Notes under the pieces: model-generated | The model's input: only the letters and a program-made list of their open reading frames with translations | What the model was told of the DNA's origin: nothing | Databases searched by the model: none | Part shown: in pieces, positions 35,922 through 44,464 of the stretch | Layout: each line of letters starts with the position of its first letter | Position numbering within the stretch: the first letter of the stretch is position 1 | Position numbers and translations under genes: made by a program | Assembly: GCA_947169015.1 (NCBI GenBank) | Contig: CAMVOD010000002.1 | Location: forward strand, 53,855-117,854 | Reading direction: 5' to 3' | Length of the DNA: 64,000 bases | Origin: an uncultured Bacteroidales bacterium | GTDB taxonomy: Bacteria > Bacteroidota > Bacteroidia > Bacteroidales > UBA932

Positions 35922-36461
35922 ATGAAGACTGGGGTTCTTATCCTTTCGATTATGGCAATCTTTTTCGGCGGCCTGCGTTTCGGCACGAAAGCCACGGGGT
36001 CCAACCCCAGGCCCGAAGGGGCGGCGGTATCCTATGAGTTCAATTACAGCAACACGATGCGCTACCCAAATCTGTGGTACGAAGTGACGCGCGGCAACGA
36101 CGGAACGGTCCGCATCGCCTGGTCGCGGCATAACGAACCGGATATCACGATCATCCGCGGGCCGGAGGATTTCTTCGAGCGGGTGGACGCTATCATAGCG
36201 GAGTTCCGCCTCTACAAGTTGAAGAACTCCTATTATCCCCGGATGCGAGTGCTGGACGGCATTATGTGGCACGCCAACATCTGCTTCGAGAAGAACTCCA
36301 TCTCTTCGGGCGGCACCAATGCCTGGCCGCCTGAGAAACTCCGTGCCGGCGTCGACGCCATCAACGGCTACATCCAGTCGCTTATCGACGCGTCCACCGA
36401 GGCCGACGTCATCGGCCACGACGACCACGACAGCCTCTACAGCCGGAAATACCTGCGCTAG
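35922..36461 (+). CDS. Hypothetical secreted/membrane-anchored protein
   Basis: 179-aa ORF with an N-terminal hydrophobic segment, 12 nt after GH20 on the same strand. No family was recognised. Confidence 0.6.
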   Translation: MKTGVLILSIMAIFFGGLRFGTKATGSNPRPEGAAVSYEFNYSNTMRYPNLWYEVTRGNDGTVRIAWSRHNEPDITIIRGPEDFFERVDAIIAEFRLYKLKNSYYPRMRVLDGIMWHANICFEKNSISSGGTNAWPPEKLRAGVDAINGYIQSLIDASTEADVIGHDDHDSLYSRKYLR

Positions 36462-36482
36462 AGTTCCCCGCCCCCTGTCAAT

Positions 36483-37418
36483 CTAAAGCAACAGGCGGGA
36501 GAAGACGCTCAGCGGCAGGGCTTTGTCGAAGCGGTCGCGGAGCACCAGTTCTCCGTAGGAGAGTTTGCTGCCGGCGGCGAGCAGGCTTCCGAAGGCGCTG
36601 CGCACCACAGTGTCGGCCAGAACTGCCGAGTAGCCGTTTGAATAGAGGTTCAGCACCATAAAGCTGTCCTTGGGAGCAAGGATCGCGGAGCATTCGCGTA
36701 GCATCTCGAACAGGCACTCGTCGAGCTTCCACTTCTCCCCGTTGGGACCGTGGCCGTACGCCGGAGGGTCCAGAATCAGGCCCTGGTAGGTATTGCCGCG
36801 GCGGGCCTCACGCTTGACGAACTTCAAGGCATCTTCCACCACCCAGCGGATGTCGCTGCAGCGGCTCAGCTCCATATTGCCCTTGGCCCAGGTCACTACC
36901 TGGCGGACGGAATCCAGGTGCGTCACGTCGGCCCCGGCTACCTTTGCTGCCAGGGACGCGGCTCCGGTGTATGCAAAAAGGTTCAGCACTTTGGGGACAG
37001 GCTTGCCCGCTGCGGCGGCTTCCTTCACAAGGCGCGAAGTATTGGAATAGATGAATTCCCAGTTCGGGGCCTGCTCAGGGAATACGCCGACGTGCTTGAA
37101 GGAAGTAAGGCCGAGGCGAAGGCTGAATTTCGGTCCCTGCGCGGAACCGTCATAGCGGATGACCCACTGCTCGGGCATCTCGCCGAGCATATTCCAGGTG
37201 CCGCTGTCTTCCTTGCCGGCCTTGCCGAAGCCGGCGCCGGGCTTGAATTCCGTGTGGGCGAGGCGTTTCCATTCGGAGTCGGGAAGGCTTTTGTTCCACA
37301 GGGCCTTGGGCTCGGGGCGTATCGCCACGAACTTGCCGAAGCGCTCCAGCTTGCTGAAATCGCCGGAGTCGATCAGCTCGTAGTCCTTCCAGTGTGCAGA
37401 TGGCTGTTCGATGTTCAT
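36483..37418 (-). CDS. Class I SAM-dependent (RlmI-related, PF10672-like) methyltransferase
   Basis: 311 aa with N-terminus HWKDYELIDSGDFSKLERFG and a Rossmann region LNLFAYTGAASLAAK...DPP. Confidence 0.75.
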   Translation of the reverse strand: MNIEQPSAHWKDYELIDSGDFSKLERFGKFVAIRPEPKALWNKSLPDSEWKRLAHTEFKPGAGFGKAGKEDSGTWNMLGEMPEQWVIRYDGSAQGPKFSLRLGLTSFKHVGVFPEQAPNWEFIYSNTSRLVKEAAAAGKPVPKVLNLFAYTGAASLAAKVAGADVTHLDSVRQVVTWAKGNMELSRCSDIRWVVEDALKFVKREARRGNTYQGLILDPPAYGHGPNGEKWKLDECLFEMLRECSAILAPKDSFMVLNLYSNGYSAVLADTVVRSAFGSLLAAGSKLSYGELVLRDRFDKALPLSVFSRLLL

Positions 37419-37443
37419 AGTGACAAATTTAAGAAATATGTGT

Positions 37444-37451
37444 TACTTTTG
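37444..37451 (+). promoter_or_regulatory. Candidate -7 promoter box (TACTTTTG) for lgt
   Basis: TAnnTTTG match 16 nt upstream of ATG 37468. Confidence 0.4.
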
Positions 37452-37467
37452 TCAAAACGTATAGCCT

Positions 37468-38430
37468 ATGGCAGATTTTCTCTCGGTAGTTTGGAACGTC
37501 GATCCTGCCATCTTCACGATCGGCAACTATTCGCTGCGTTTCTATTCGCTGCTCTTCGTAGCCGGCTTCCCGCTGGGCTACTGGTTGTTCTATAAATTCT
37601 ACAAAAGGGAGAACGTCGACGTCCAGCTGCTCGAGCCGCTGCTGTACATCCTGCTCATCGGCACCATAGTGGGCGCCCGCCTGGGCCACTGCCTCTTCTA
37701 TGAGCCGAAATTCTACCTGACTCATCCCATCGAGATTCTCAAGGTATGGCAGGGCGGACTTGCAAGCCACGGAGGAATCCTTGCCATCGTGTTCTGCGTC
37801 ATCTATTATGCCCACAAGTATGGCCGCAAGAACGGCTTCGACGCGATGTGGATGTTCGACCGCCTGGCCATCGCAGGCAGTATCGCAGGCTGTTTCATCC
37901 GCTGCGGCAACCTTTTCAATTCCGAGATCTTCGGCGGCCCGACCGACCTGCCCTGGGGCTTCAAGTTCCCCCGCTCCATCGAATGGACTACGCTCTACGG
38001 CCCGAGCGTATATCCTCCGGACGGCGTTGCCTGCCACCCCACGCAGATCTATGAAGCCCTGAGCTACCTCATCCTCGGCCTCGTGCTGCTGTGGCTCTAC
38101 TGGAAGAAATCCGACAAGCTCTACAGGGGCACCCTCTTCGGCATTTTCTTCATAGTCCTGTTCACTATGCGCTTCCTGATCGAATTCATCAAGAACGACC
38201 AGGTGGAATTCGAGGCTTCGATGCAGTTCAATATGGGCCAGCTGCTGAGCATACCCTTCATCATCGCGGGTGTCATCATCCTGGTATGGAGCTTCCGCAA
38301 GAAGCTGCCGTTCCTCAGGGAAGGCTGGGATGAAGAGCCCAAGGCCCCCAAGGACAACGACCACCGCGCAAACCTCTCGAAAGATCAGCGTATGAGCGCC
38401 TCCAAGCGCCGTGCTATGGGAATCCAGTAG
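37468..38430 (+). CDS. lgt: Prolipoprotein diacylglyceryl transferase
   Basis: Polytopic protein with the WQGGLASHGG motif and a basic C-terminal tail. Confidence 0.92.
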   Translation: MADFLSVVWNVDPAIFTIGNYSLRFYSLLFVAGFPLGYWLFYKFYKRENVDVQLLEPLLYILLIGTIVGARLGHCLFYEPKFYLTHPIEILKVWQGGLASHGGILAIVFCVIYYAHKYGRKNGFDAMWMFDRLAIAGSIAGCFIRCGNLFNSEIFGGPTDLPWGFKFPRSIEWTTLYGPSVYPPDGVACHPTQIYEALSYLILGLVLLWLYWKKSDKLYRGTLFGIFFIVLFTMRFLIEFIKNDQVEFEASMQFNMGQLLSIPFIIAGVIILVWSFRKKLPFLREGWDEEPKAPKDNDHRANLSKDQRMSASKRRAMGIQ

Positions 38431-38608
38431 GGATGCAGCCTGAGGGGGAGCAGGCCTTCGGGGGGTTCCGTTCGCCTTCGGCTCACTCCAATCCCTCCCA
38501 ACGCCTGCTTCGTCCTGCTTCGCAGAACTCGCATTCGTCGGGTCCCTCCCGCTCTGCCGCCGCGGGTGGCCAGCCCCCCGAAGGCCTGCTCCCCTTCAGG
38601 CTGCATCC
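38431..38608 (+). repeat. 178-bp palindromic element, copy 1 (35-bp stem, 108-bp core)
   Basis: 38431-38465 GGATGCAGCCTGAGGGGGAGCAGGCCTTCGGGGGG pairs with 38574-38608 at 34 Watson-Crick positions plus one G:T. The element starts immediately after the lgt stop codon. The core matches the copy at 54546-54653 in inverted orientation at 107/108 positions. Confidence 0.9.
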
Positions 38609-38645
38609 GTGCGAGCGTTTCTACCCAATGGACTTAATGCTGATT

Positions 38646-39497
38646 TTATACTTTCACCCACTCGATGGTGATGCCGCGGCGTTCCATTCCGCGGAACCAG
38701 GTCATCTGACGCTTGGCGAACTGGTGGATAGCGGTGGCCAGGCGGTCGTGCATTTCGTCGTATGACAGCTGGCCGGTCAGGTAGAGGGTGATGAATTTGT
38801 ATTCCAAGCCGTAATAGATGAGATCTTCGGGGGCGATGCCGGAGTCCAGCAGGCCGCGGACTTCATCTACCATTCCGGAGGCAAGACGGGCGTCCAGACG
38901 GGCGTCGATGCGGGCATTCCGCTCTTCGCGGCTGACGTCCAGGCCTATGTAGCGGGTCTTCAGAGGGGGGAAGACGGAGCGGTCCACCGGATGCTCCTGC
39001 TCGTAGATTGCAATCTCCAGCGCACGGATGAGCCGCTTGCGGGTATCGTAGTCCGTGGAGTTGTGGAGCGTCTTGAGGGATGAGAGCCTGGCGATAAGTG
39101 TCTCGTCGCTCTCCTTTTCGAGCTCGGCGCGCAGCTCGGGGTTCTGCGGCACGTCGGGCAGATGGTAGCCCCTCGTCGCAGCCTCGATGTAAAGGCCGGA
39201 CCCGCCGCAGAGGATTGCAGGCCTGCCGCGTGAGATAACATCGCGATAGGCATTGTGGAAGTCGCGCTGGTAGCGGTAGATGTCGTATTTCTCGCCGGCC
39301 GGGACTATGTCGATCAGGTGGTAAGGCACACCGTCGTAATCGGCCAGGTCCTTGCCAGTGCCGATGTCCATACCGCGGTAGACCTGCCGCGAATCCGCCG
39401 ACAGAATCTCCGCTCCGGTCTCCTTGGCCAGAGCCACAGCATATTTCGTCTTCCCGCAGGCCGTGGGGCCCAGCACGCAAGTCAGGTCGTAATCCAT
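38646..39497 (-). CDS. miaA: tRNA dimethylallyltransferase
   Basis: P-loop GPTACGKT and [17 protein letters not shown]. Confidence 0.93.
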   Translation of the reverse strand: MDYDLTCVLGPTACGKTKYAVALAKETGAEILSADSRQVYRGMDIGTGKDLADYDGVPYHLIDIVPAGEKYDIYRYQRDFHNAYRDVISRGRPAILCGGSGLYIEAATRGYHLPDVPQNPELRAELEKESDETLIARLSSLKTLHNSTDYDTRKRLIRALEIAIYEQEHPVDRSVFPPLKTRYIGLDVSREERNARIDARLDARLASGMVDEVRGLLDSGIAPEDLIYYGLEYKFITLYLTGQLSYDEMHDRLATAIHQFAKRQMTWFRGMERRGITIEWVKV

Positions 39498-39533
39498 ATT
39501 ACAAATTTAAAAAACTATTATATTTGCCTTGTT

Positions 39534-39992
39534 ATGCCTAAAGCAAAAAGCAGAATAGAGATCAAGAACAAGAAAGCGTCCTTCGAATACGAATTCATAG
39601 AACGCTTCGTGGCCGGCATAGTGCTGTCCGGCACCGAGATCAAGTCGATCCGCGCCGGCAAGGCTTCGCTGGTCGACAGCTACTGCTATTTCTCGGGCAC
39701 CGAGCTCTACGTGAAGAATATGAACGTGGCCGAATACTGGTGGGGCAGCTACAACCGCCACGACCCGCGCCGCGACCGCAAGCTGCTGCTCACCAAAAAA
39801 GAACTTCGCAAGCTCGCCCGCTCCATCAAGGAGAAAGGACTGACAGTGGTTCCGGTGAAACTGTTCATCGCCGACAACGGCTACGCCAAGCTCGACATAG
39901 CGCTGGCACGCGGAAAACGCGAGTTCGACAAACGTCAGAGCATCAAAGACAAAGATATGCGCAGGGAAAGGGACCGCGGACAGAGCGATTAA
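39534..39992 (+). CDS. smpB: SsrA-binding protein
   Basis: Start set at ATG 39534 ([21 protein letters not shown]...). The longer track ORF from 39255 is antisense to miaA. Confidence 0.93.
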   Translation: MPKAKSRIEIKNKKASFEYEFIERFVAGIVLSGTEIKSIRAGKASLVDSYCYFSGTELYVKNMNVAEYWWGSYNRHDPRRDRKLLLTKKELRKLARSIKEKGLTVVPVKLFIADNGYAKLDIALARGKREFDKRQSIKDKDMRRERDRGQSD

Positions 39993-40005
39993 ACAAATTA
40001 TTTCC

Positions 40006-40013
40006 TATATTTG
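40006..40013 (+). promoter_or_regulatory. Candidate -7 promoter box (TATATTTG) for the cytochrome b gene
   Basis: TAnnTTTG match 33 nt upstream of ATG 40047. Confidence 0.45.
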
Positions 40014-40046
40014 TAAATCTATAACGAAACAAACAATACAAGCAGT

Positions 40047-40709
40047 ATGAGCATATTTTCATCTTCGATCGGGAAAAAGCTTATTATGAGTATCTCCGGC
40101 ATATTCCTCGTGCTTTTTCTCACTTTGCACATGGTCCTGAACTTCACCTCTGTCTTCAGCGCTGAAGCTTTCCAGAAAGTTTGCGACTTTATGGGCACTC
40201 CCGTAATCAGCATAATGGTTCCCGTCCTGGCTTTCGGCTTTGTGATCCACATCATCTATGCTTTCATCCTTACCGCCAGCAACCTCAAGTCACGCGGCGG
40301 CCTCAAGAGGTATGAAGTAGCCACCAAGACCCAGGCTGACTCGTGGGCTTCAAAGAACATGATCTACCTCGGTGCCATCGTGCTGCTCGGCCTGGCCATC
40401 CACCTTACCCACTTCTGGGCTGATATGCAGCTGCAGGAGTTCACCGGCGGAGAAGCCGAAGACCCCAATATGCTCCTCAACCAGACCTTCGGAAACGTCT
40501 GGATCACCATCCTCTACCTCGTATGGTTCGTAGCCATCTGGCTGCACCTCAGCCACGGTTTCTGGAGCGCACTGCAGACCATCGGATGGAACAACGACAA
40601 ATGGCTCAAGAGACTTAAAGTGATCGGCATCGTATACGTCACCATCCTTATGGCAGGTTTTGCAATCACCGCCATCGTGGCCTGCTGCAAAGCCAACGGC
40701 CTACTTTAA
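40047..40709 (+). CDS. sdhC: Succinate dehydrogenase / fumarate reductase cytochrome b subunit (b558 family)
   Basis: 220 aa with five hydrophobic helices. N-terminus SSSIGKKLIMSISGIFLVLFLTLHMVLN. Conserved His residues lie in helices (IHLTHFW, WLHLSHGFWSA). Confidence 0.85.
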   Translation: MSIFSSSIGKKLIMSISGIFLVLFLTLHMVLNFTSVFSAEAFQKVCDFMGTPVISIMVPVLAFGFVIHIIYAFILTASNLKSRGGLKRYEVATKTQADSWASKNMIYLGAIVLLGLAIHLTHFWADMQLQEFTGGEAEDPNMLLNQTFGNVWITILYLVWFVAIWLHLSHGFWSALQTIGWNNDKWLKRLKVIGIVYVTILMAGFAITAIVACCKANGLL

Positions 40710-41783
40710 GTAATCGCGGATTATAGCGTCCGAGACGAATCTGTCCCTGCGGCCGATGGAATAACGGCCGGTGGAGGCATCGAACGAAAGGTTGTGTTCA
40801 GCTGACTCTCCGAGCAACGAGGCTTCAACGCCCGCGGAGGTCCTCAGCCCCAACATAACCTTTTCGTTGTATATATCCACATCCGTGAGCGTCTCCCCGT
40901 CTTTCGGGGCACCCTCCAGCCAGCGGCCCAGGTCATCCACGTTCCAGCTGCGGCGGCGGTCTCCGTCGAACGAATGGGCCCCGGGCCCGAGACCCAGGTA
41001 AGGCTCGCGCCGCCAATATGCACTGTTGTGGCGGGAATGGAATCCCGGGCGGCAGAAATTCGAAATCTCGTACTGAAGGTAACCGGCCTCATCGAGGATA
41101 TCCTGCAGCATAAAATACTGGCTGCGGCAGACCTCCTCGTCGGGCTCTGTGTAGCGTCCTGCGTCGGCAAGCTTGCTGAGCATACTGCCCGCGTCCAGAC
41201 TCATCTGGTAGGCGGAGATGTGCTGCACCCCGAGGCTGACGGCCTTGCGGATGTCCCTCTCCCACTGCGCATTTTCAAGGGCCGCATAGCCGAATATGAG
41301 GTCGAGCGACACATTGCCGAAGCGGCTGGTGAGCAGCTCCACCGCCCTGCAGGCCTGGGCAGCGTCGTGCCGCCGGTTCATCCATCTAAGATGCGCGTTG
41401 TCGAAAGACTGCACCCCGATGCTGACGCGGTTCACCCCGCAGTCCCTCCAGCAGCGCAGCAACTCCTCCCCGCCTCTGCACACATCGTCAGGATTGGCCT
41501 CGACGGTGAATTCCTCCACCGCCCCGAGGTCGAAATTGTCGCAGAGAGCAGAACAGATGTCCGAAAATTCAGCCGGGGACAGCAGCGACGGCGTCCCTCC
41601 GCCGAAATAGACGGTCTTGATCACAGAACCTTCGGGGAAAAAGTCACGGCAGGCGGCGGCCTCCCTGCGCAGCGCGGCGACATACCGCCCGCGCAAGGCT
41701 CCGTCTCTCAGGACCTCGGAATAGAATCCGCAATAAGTGCAGAAGGAAGCACAAAAGGGGACGTGTATGTAAATCCCTGCCAA
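40701..41783 (-). CDS. hemW: Radical SAM heme chaperone HemW (oxygen-independent coproporphyrinogen oxidase-like)
   Basis: N-terminus IYIHVPFCASFCTYCGFY (CxxxCxxC), 360 aa. Confidence 0.9.
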   Translation of the reverse strand: MAGIYIHVPFCASFCTYCGFYSEVLRDGALRGRYVAALRREAAACRDFFPEGSVIKTVYFGGGTPSLLSPAEFSDICSALCDNFDLGAVEEFTVEANPDDVCRGGEELLRCWRDCGVNRVSIGVQSFDNAHLRWMNRRHDAAQACRAVELLTSRFGNVSLDLIFGYAALENAQWERDIRKAVSLGVQHISAYQMSLDAGSMLSKLADAGRYTEPDEEVCRSQYFMLQDILDEAGYLQYEISNFCRPGFHSRHNSAYWRREPYLGLGPGAHSFDGDRRRSWNVDDLGRWLEGAPKDGETLTDVDIYNEKVMLGLRTSAGVEASLLGESAEHNLSFDASTGRYSIGRRDRFVSDAIIRDYLK

Positions 41784-42650
41784 TTATCTCAGGAGCAGGT
41801 CGGCAGAACCGATCTTGCCTTCGGTGGTGTAGGCGTCGACGGTGTAGACACCCTTGGTGAACGGCTGGGGACTTGCGAAGTATACGCTGACCTCAACCTC
41901 CTCGCCCTGGTAGTCAACCTCGCGGGACTCGGAGTAGATCATCTGCTCTCCGTCGCAGGTGAAGAGCTGCTTGTCGTCAGCTGTCAGCAGTATGCCGTCC
42001 GGACCCTTGACGCGGATGTACACCCTCCTCGGGCCCTTCTTGGCGATGGCGTTCTCGATAAGGAACATATCGGCACGGAGCTTCTCGGTGCGGCTGCTGC
42101 GGTCGGTCTCCTTGGCAGAGGAGTTGATGGCGTGCAGAGACACCCCGCGACCCTTGACCACTGAACCTTCGGCGACCTGACGGGCATACTCGTCGGTGGT
42201 AGAGCGCAGGTCTTCGTACTGGCGCCTGTTCTCTGCAGCTTCGCGACGGGCGTCCGAAGCCTCCTCGCGCAGAGCCATATTGAGGTTGTTGAGCGAATCT
42301 ATCTGGACGATGTAATGCTTCATTATGCTGCGCAGGGTGCCGAGCTCTTTCTCATACTGGCGGATCTGGGCCCTGTTGGTAGCCTCAGTCTTCTGGAAGC
42401 GCTCGATGAGCTGGTCGACCTTCTCCCTCTCTATCTGCAGGTTTGCGTTGAGAGTGTCGTTGGCTGTCTGCAGTTCGGCGTATTCCTGGCGGAGTTCGAC
42501 CATCTCCTGGGTCAGGTCGGCCTTCTCTATATTAAGGTCATTGACGATTTTGTTCTTGCTCACCCATACGTAAGCCAGCACACCGCCAAGCAGCACCGCG
42601 GCGATTGCGAGCGCCACGACTATTTTTCTCAATTTATCTTCCCTTTCCAT
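41784..42650 (-). CDS. Hypothetical membrane-anchored coiled-coil protein with C-terminal beta-rich domain
   Basis: N-terminal TM segment IVVALAIAAVLLGGVLAYVWV and a long heptad-like region. It abuts hemW with no gap. No family was recognised. Confidence 0.65.
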   Translation of the reverse strand: MEREDKLRKIVVALAIAAVLLGGVLAYVWVSKNKIVNDLNIEKADLTQEMVELRQEYAELQTANDTLNANLQIEREKVDQLIERFQKTEATNRAQIRQYEKELGTLRSIMKHYIVQIDSLNNLNMALREEASDARREAAENRRQYEDLRSTTDEYARQVAEGSVVKGRGVSLHAINSSAKETDRSSRTEKLRADMFLIENAIAKKGPRRVYIRVKGPDGILLTADDKQLFTCDGEQMIYSESREVDYQGEEVEVSVYFASPQPFTKGVYTVDAYTTEGKIGSADLLLR

Positions 42651-42689
42651 ATTGAATGATATTTGTTGCCTTGGTAAGGCAAATTTAAC

Positions 42690-42697
42690 TAAATTTG
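42690..42697 (+). promoter_or_regulatory. Candidate -7 promoter box (TAAATTTG)
   Basis: TAnnTTTG match 18 nt upstream of ATG 42716. Confidence 0.4.
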
Positions 42698-42715
42698 TAG
42701 AAAACTGTGTAAACT

Positions 42716-43192
42716 ATGAAATACTTCATCCGAGCAGTCAAATATCTGGTATACTTCGCAGTGCTGTTCCTCATCATCGTGGCCATCCTCTGCGTCGTGA
42801 TGCATCACCCGCTCAGCAGCTTCGCAACTCTCTTCAAAGAAGGTGCCATGTGGCAGATAGCAGTCCTCTTCGCCGTCATTTCTGCCGTGTATCCCTCTCT
42901 GGGCTTCCGCAAGAACCACATCACCCTCGACGGCCCGTTCAGCGACTACCACGACGTCATAATGAAGACTATGGAAGATGCCGACTTCGTCCTTGAGAGC
43001 GAGGACGACGAGAAGATGGTGTTCCGCCAGAAGAAAGGCTACCTGCGCTTCACCAGGATGTGGGAAGATGCCGTCACATTTTTCAAAGGAGAAGAGAAAG
43101 TATTCGTGGACGGCCCCATCAGGGACACCACCCGCCTCATCAGCAACGTATACTATAATTATCGTCAGAGCCATCCCAAAAACGAATATTAA
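42716..43192 (+). CDS. Hypothetical membrane protein
   Basis: 158 aa with two N-terminal hydrophobic helices. No family was recognised. Confidence 0.6.
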   Translation: MKYFIRAVKYLVYFAVLFLIIVAILCVVMHHPLSSFATLFKEGAMWQIAVLFAVISAVYPSLGFRKNHITLDGPFSDYHDVIMKTMEDADFVLESEDDEKMVFRQKKGYLRFTRMWEDAVTFFKGEEKVFVDGPIRDTTRLISNVYYNYRQSHPKNEY

Positions 43193-43204
43193 TCACTGAC
43201 AGCA

Positions 43205-43414
43205 ATGAAAGTTGTAGCCAAATATCCGGACATATACAAGGCCCACATCGTCCAGGGCCTGCTCGAAAACGAAGGCATTGAGTGTGAAATCGTCAATGAA
43301 AACCTTCCTTTCCTCGGTATGGGAGTAGCCGGTTTCGACGTGCGCATCGTCGTCCGCGAAGAAGATTACGACCGCGCCAAAGAGATACTTGCAGCTAACG
43401 ACGACCTCAACTGA
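43205..43414 (+). CDS. DUF2007-like small protein (putative signal-transducing, PII-fold-like)
   Basis: 69 aa. HIVQGLLENEGIECEIVNE...RIVVREEDYDRAKEIL matches the DUF2007 pattern. Confidence 0.6.
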   Translation: MKVVAKYPDIYKAHIVQGLLENEGIECEIVNENLPFLGMGVAGFDVRIVVREEDYDRAKEILAANDDLN

Positions 43415-43450
43415 GGCTCCCGGCCGCCTTGCCGTTTTTCCATTTTTTAA

Positions 43451-43458
43451 TATCTTTG
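43451..43458 (+). promoter_or_regulatory. Candidate -7 promoter box (TATCTTTG) for the TPR/U32 genes
   Basis: TAnnTTTG match 64 nt upstream of ATG 43523. Confidence 0.35.
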
Positions 43459-43522
43459 TGTCGTTTTGGCACGTTATTTTAATAACCCACCACTCGAAAC
43501 CCATAAAAAGACATAAATTGCT

Positions 43523-44464
43523 ATGAAGAAATTTTTCTTGACACTATGTGTGGCTCTCGTTGCAACCGGTTTTGCTATGGCGCAGGATCTCGCAGCAGTA
43601 GTAGAAACTTTCAACGCTGCAGCAACGGCTCTTAATGAAAAAAATTATGAGAGTGCCCTCTCTCAATTCAATACGGCACTGGAACAAGCCACCGCTCTCG
43701 GAGAGGAAGGCGAGCAGGTTGCCAACAACTGCAAGGAGTCTATTCCGAAAGTGCTTCTCCAGCTCGGCAAGGAAAAAGCCGAAGCTAAAGATTTCGACGC
43801 AGCCGTTGACTTCTTCAACAAGGCTAGCGACAAAGCTCTGGACTTCGCCAACAACGACGCAGTAGTTGCAGAGGCTCAGAAGCTCGTTCCTCAGATGCTC
43901 AATGCCAAGGCAGGCGCCCTGCTGAACGCAAAGGACTACGCAGCTGCAGTTGCAGTTTACAAGGCTATCGTCGAGAAAGATGCCGCCAACGGTGCCGCCT
44001 GGTTCAGGATGGGTCAGGCTCTCGCAGCAGACGACAAGGCTGACGAGGCTGTAGAAGCTTTCACAAAGGCTGCCGAGAACGGCCAGGAAGCCAATGCCAA
44101 GAAGCAGCTTGCCAACATCTACCTGAAGAAAGCCGTAGCTTGCCAGAAAGAGAAAGATATGAAAGGTATGCTCGAGAACGCCCAGCTCTCAGCTGAGAAC
44201 AACGACAGCGCCAACGCCCAGAAGCTCATCGGTACCGCCGCCCTCAGTCTCAAGCAGAACCAGGTAGCCGCCGAAGCTTTCGAGGCTTATCTCGCCCTCA
44301 ATCCTGAGGCTGCCGACAAGGCCCAGACCATCTACCAGATCGGTACTGCATATATGGGCGCCGGCAACAACGGCAAGGCTTGCAGCTACTTCAAACAGAT
44401 CAAAGGTGACGCCAAATGGGGCGAGGCTGCAACTTACTACATCACAACCCTCAAATGCAATTAA
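43523..44464 (+). CDS. Secreted tetratricopeptide-repeat protein
   Basis: Signal peptide MKKFFLTLCVALVATGFAMAQ. Ala-rich helical repeats with TPR-like spacing. Confidence 0.75.
   Translation: MKKFFLTLCVALVATGFAMAQDLAAVVETFNAAATALNEKNYESALSQFNTALEQATALGEEGEQVANNCKESIPKVLLQLGKEKAEAKDFDAAVDFFNKASDKALDFANNDAVVAEAQKLVPQMLNAKAGALLNAKDYAAAVAVYKAIVEKDAANGAAWFRMGQALAADDKADEAVEAFTKAAENGQEANAKKQLANIYLKKAVACQKEKDMKGMLENAQLSAENNDSANAQKLIGTAALSLKQNQVAAEAFEAYLALNPEAADKAQTIYQIGTAYMGAGNNGKACSYFKQIKGDAKWGEAATYYITTLKCN

Noticed and set aside
29536-36461. Polysaccharide utilization locus (PUL)
   Set aside because: No SusC-like TonB-dependent transporter, SusD-like lipoprotein or hybrid two-component/ECF regulator is present, so it does not meet the PUL definition. 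It is reported instead as a non-PUL operon.
38385-38765. ORFs of 73 and 110 aa across palindromic element copy 1, and 54495-54725 across copy 2, all giving MQPEGEQAFGG-type peptides
   Set aside because: The peptides appear on both strands because the DNA is a palindrome. The frames start and end within or at the element and have no coding-like composition.
39255-39533. N-terminal extension of the smpB ORF
   Set aside because: It is antisense to miaA. Canonical SmpB begins at MPKAKSR (39534), preceded by an AT-rich promoter-like spacer.
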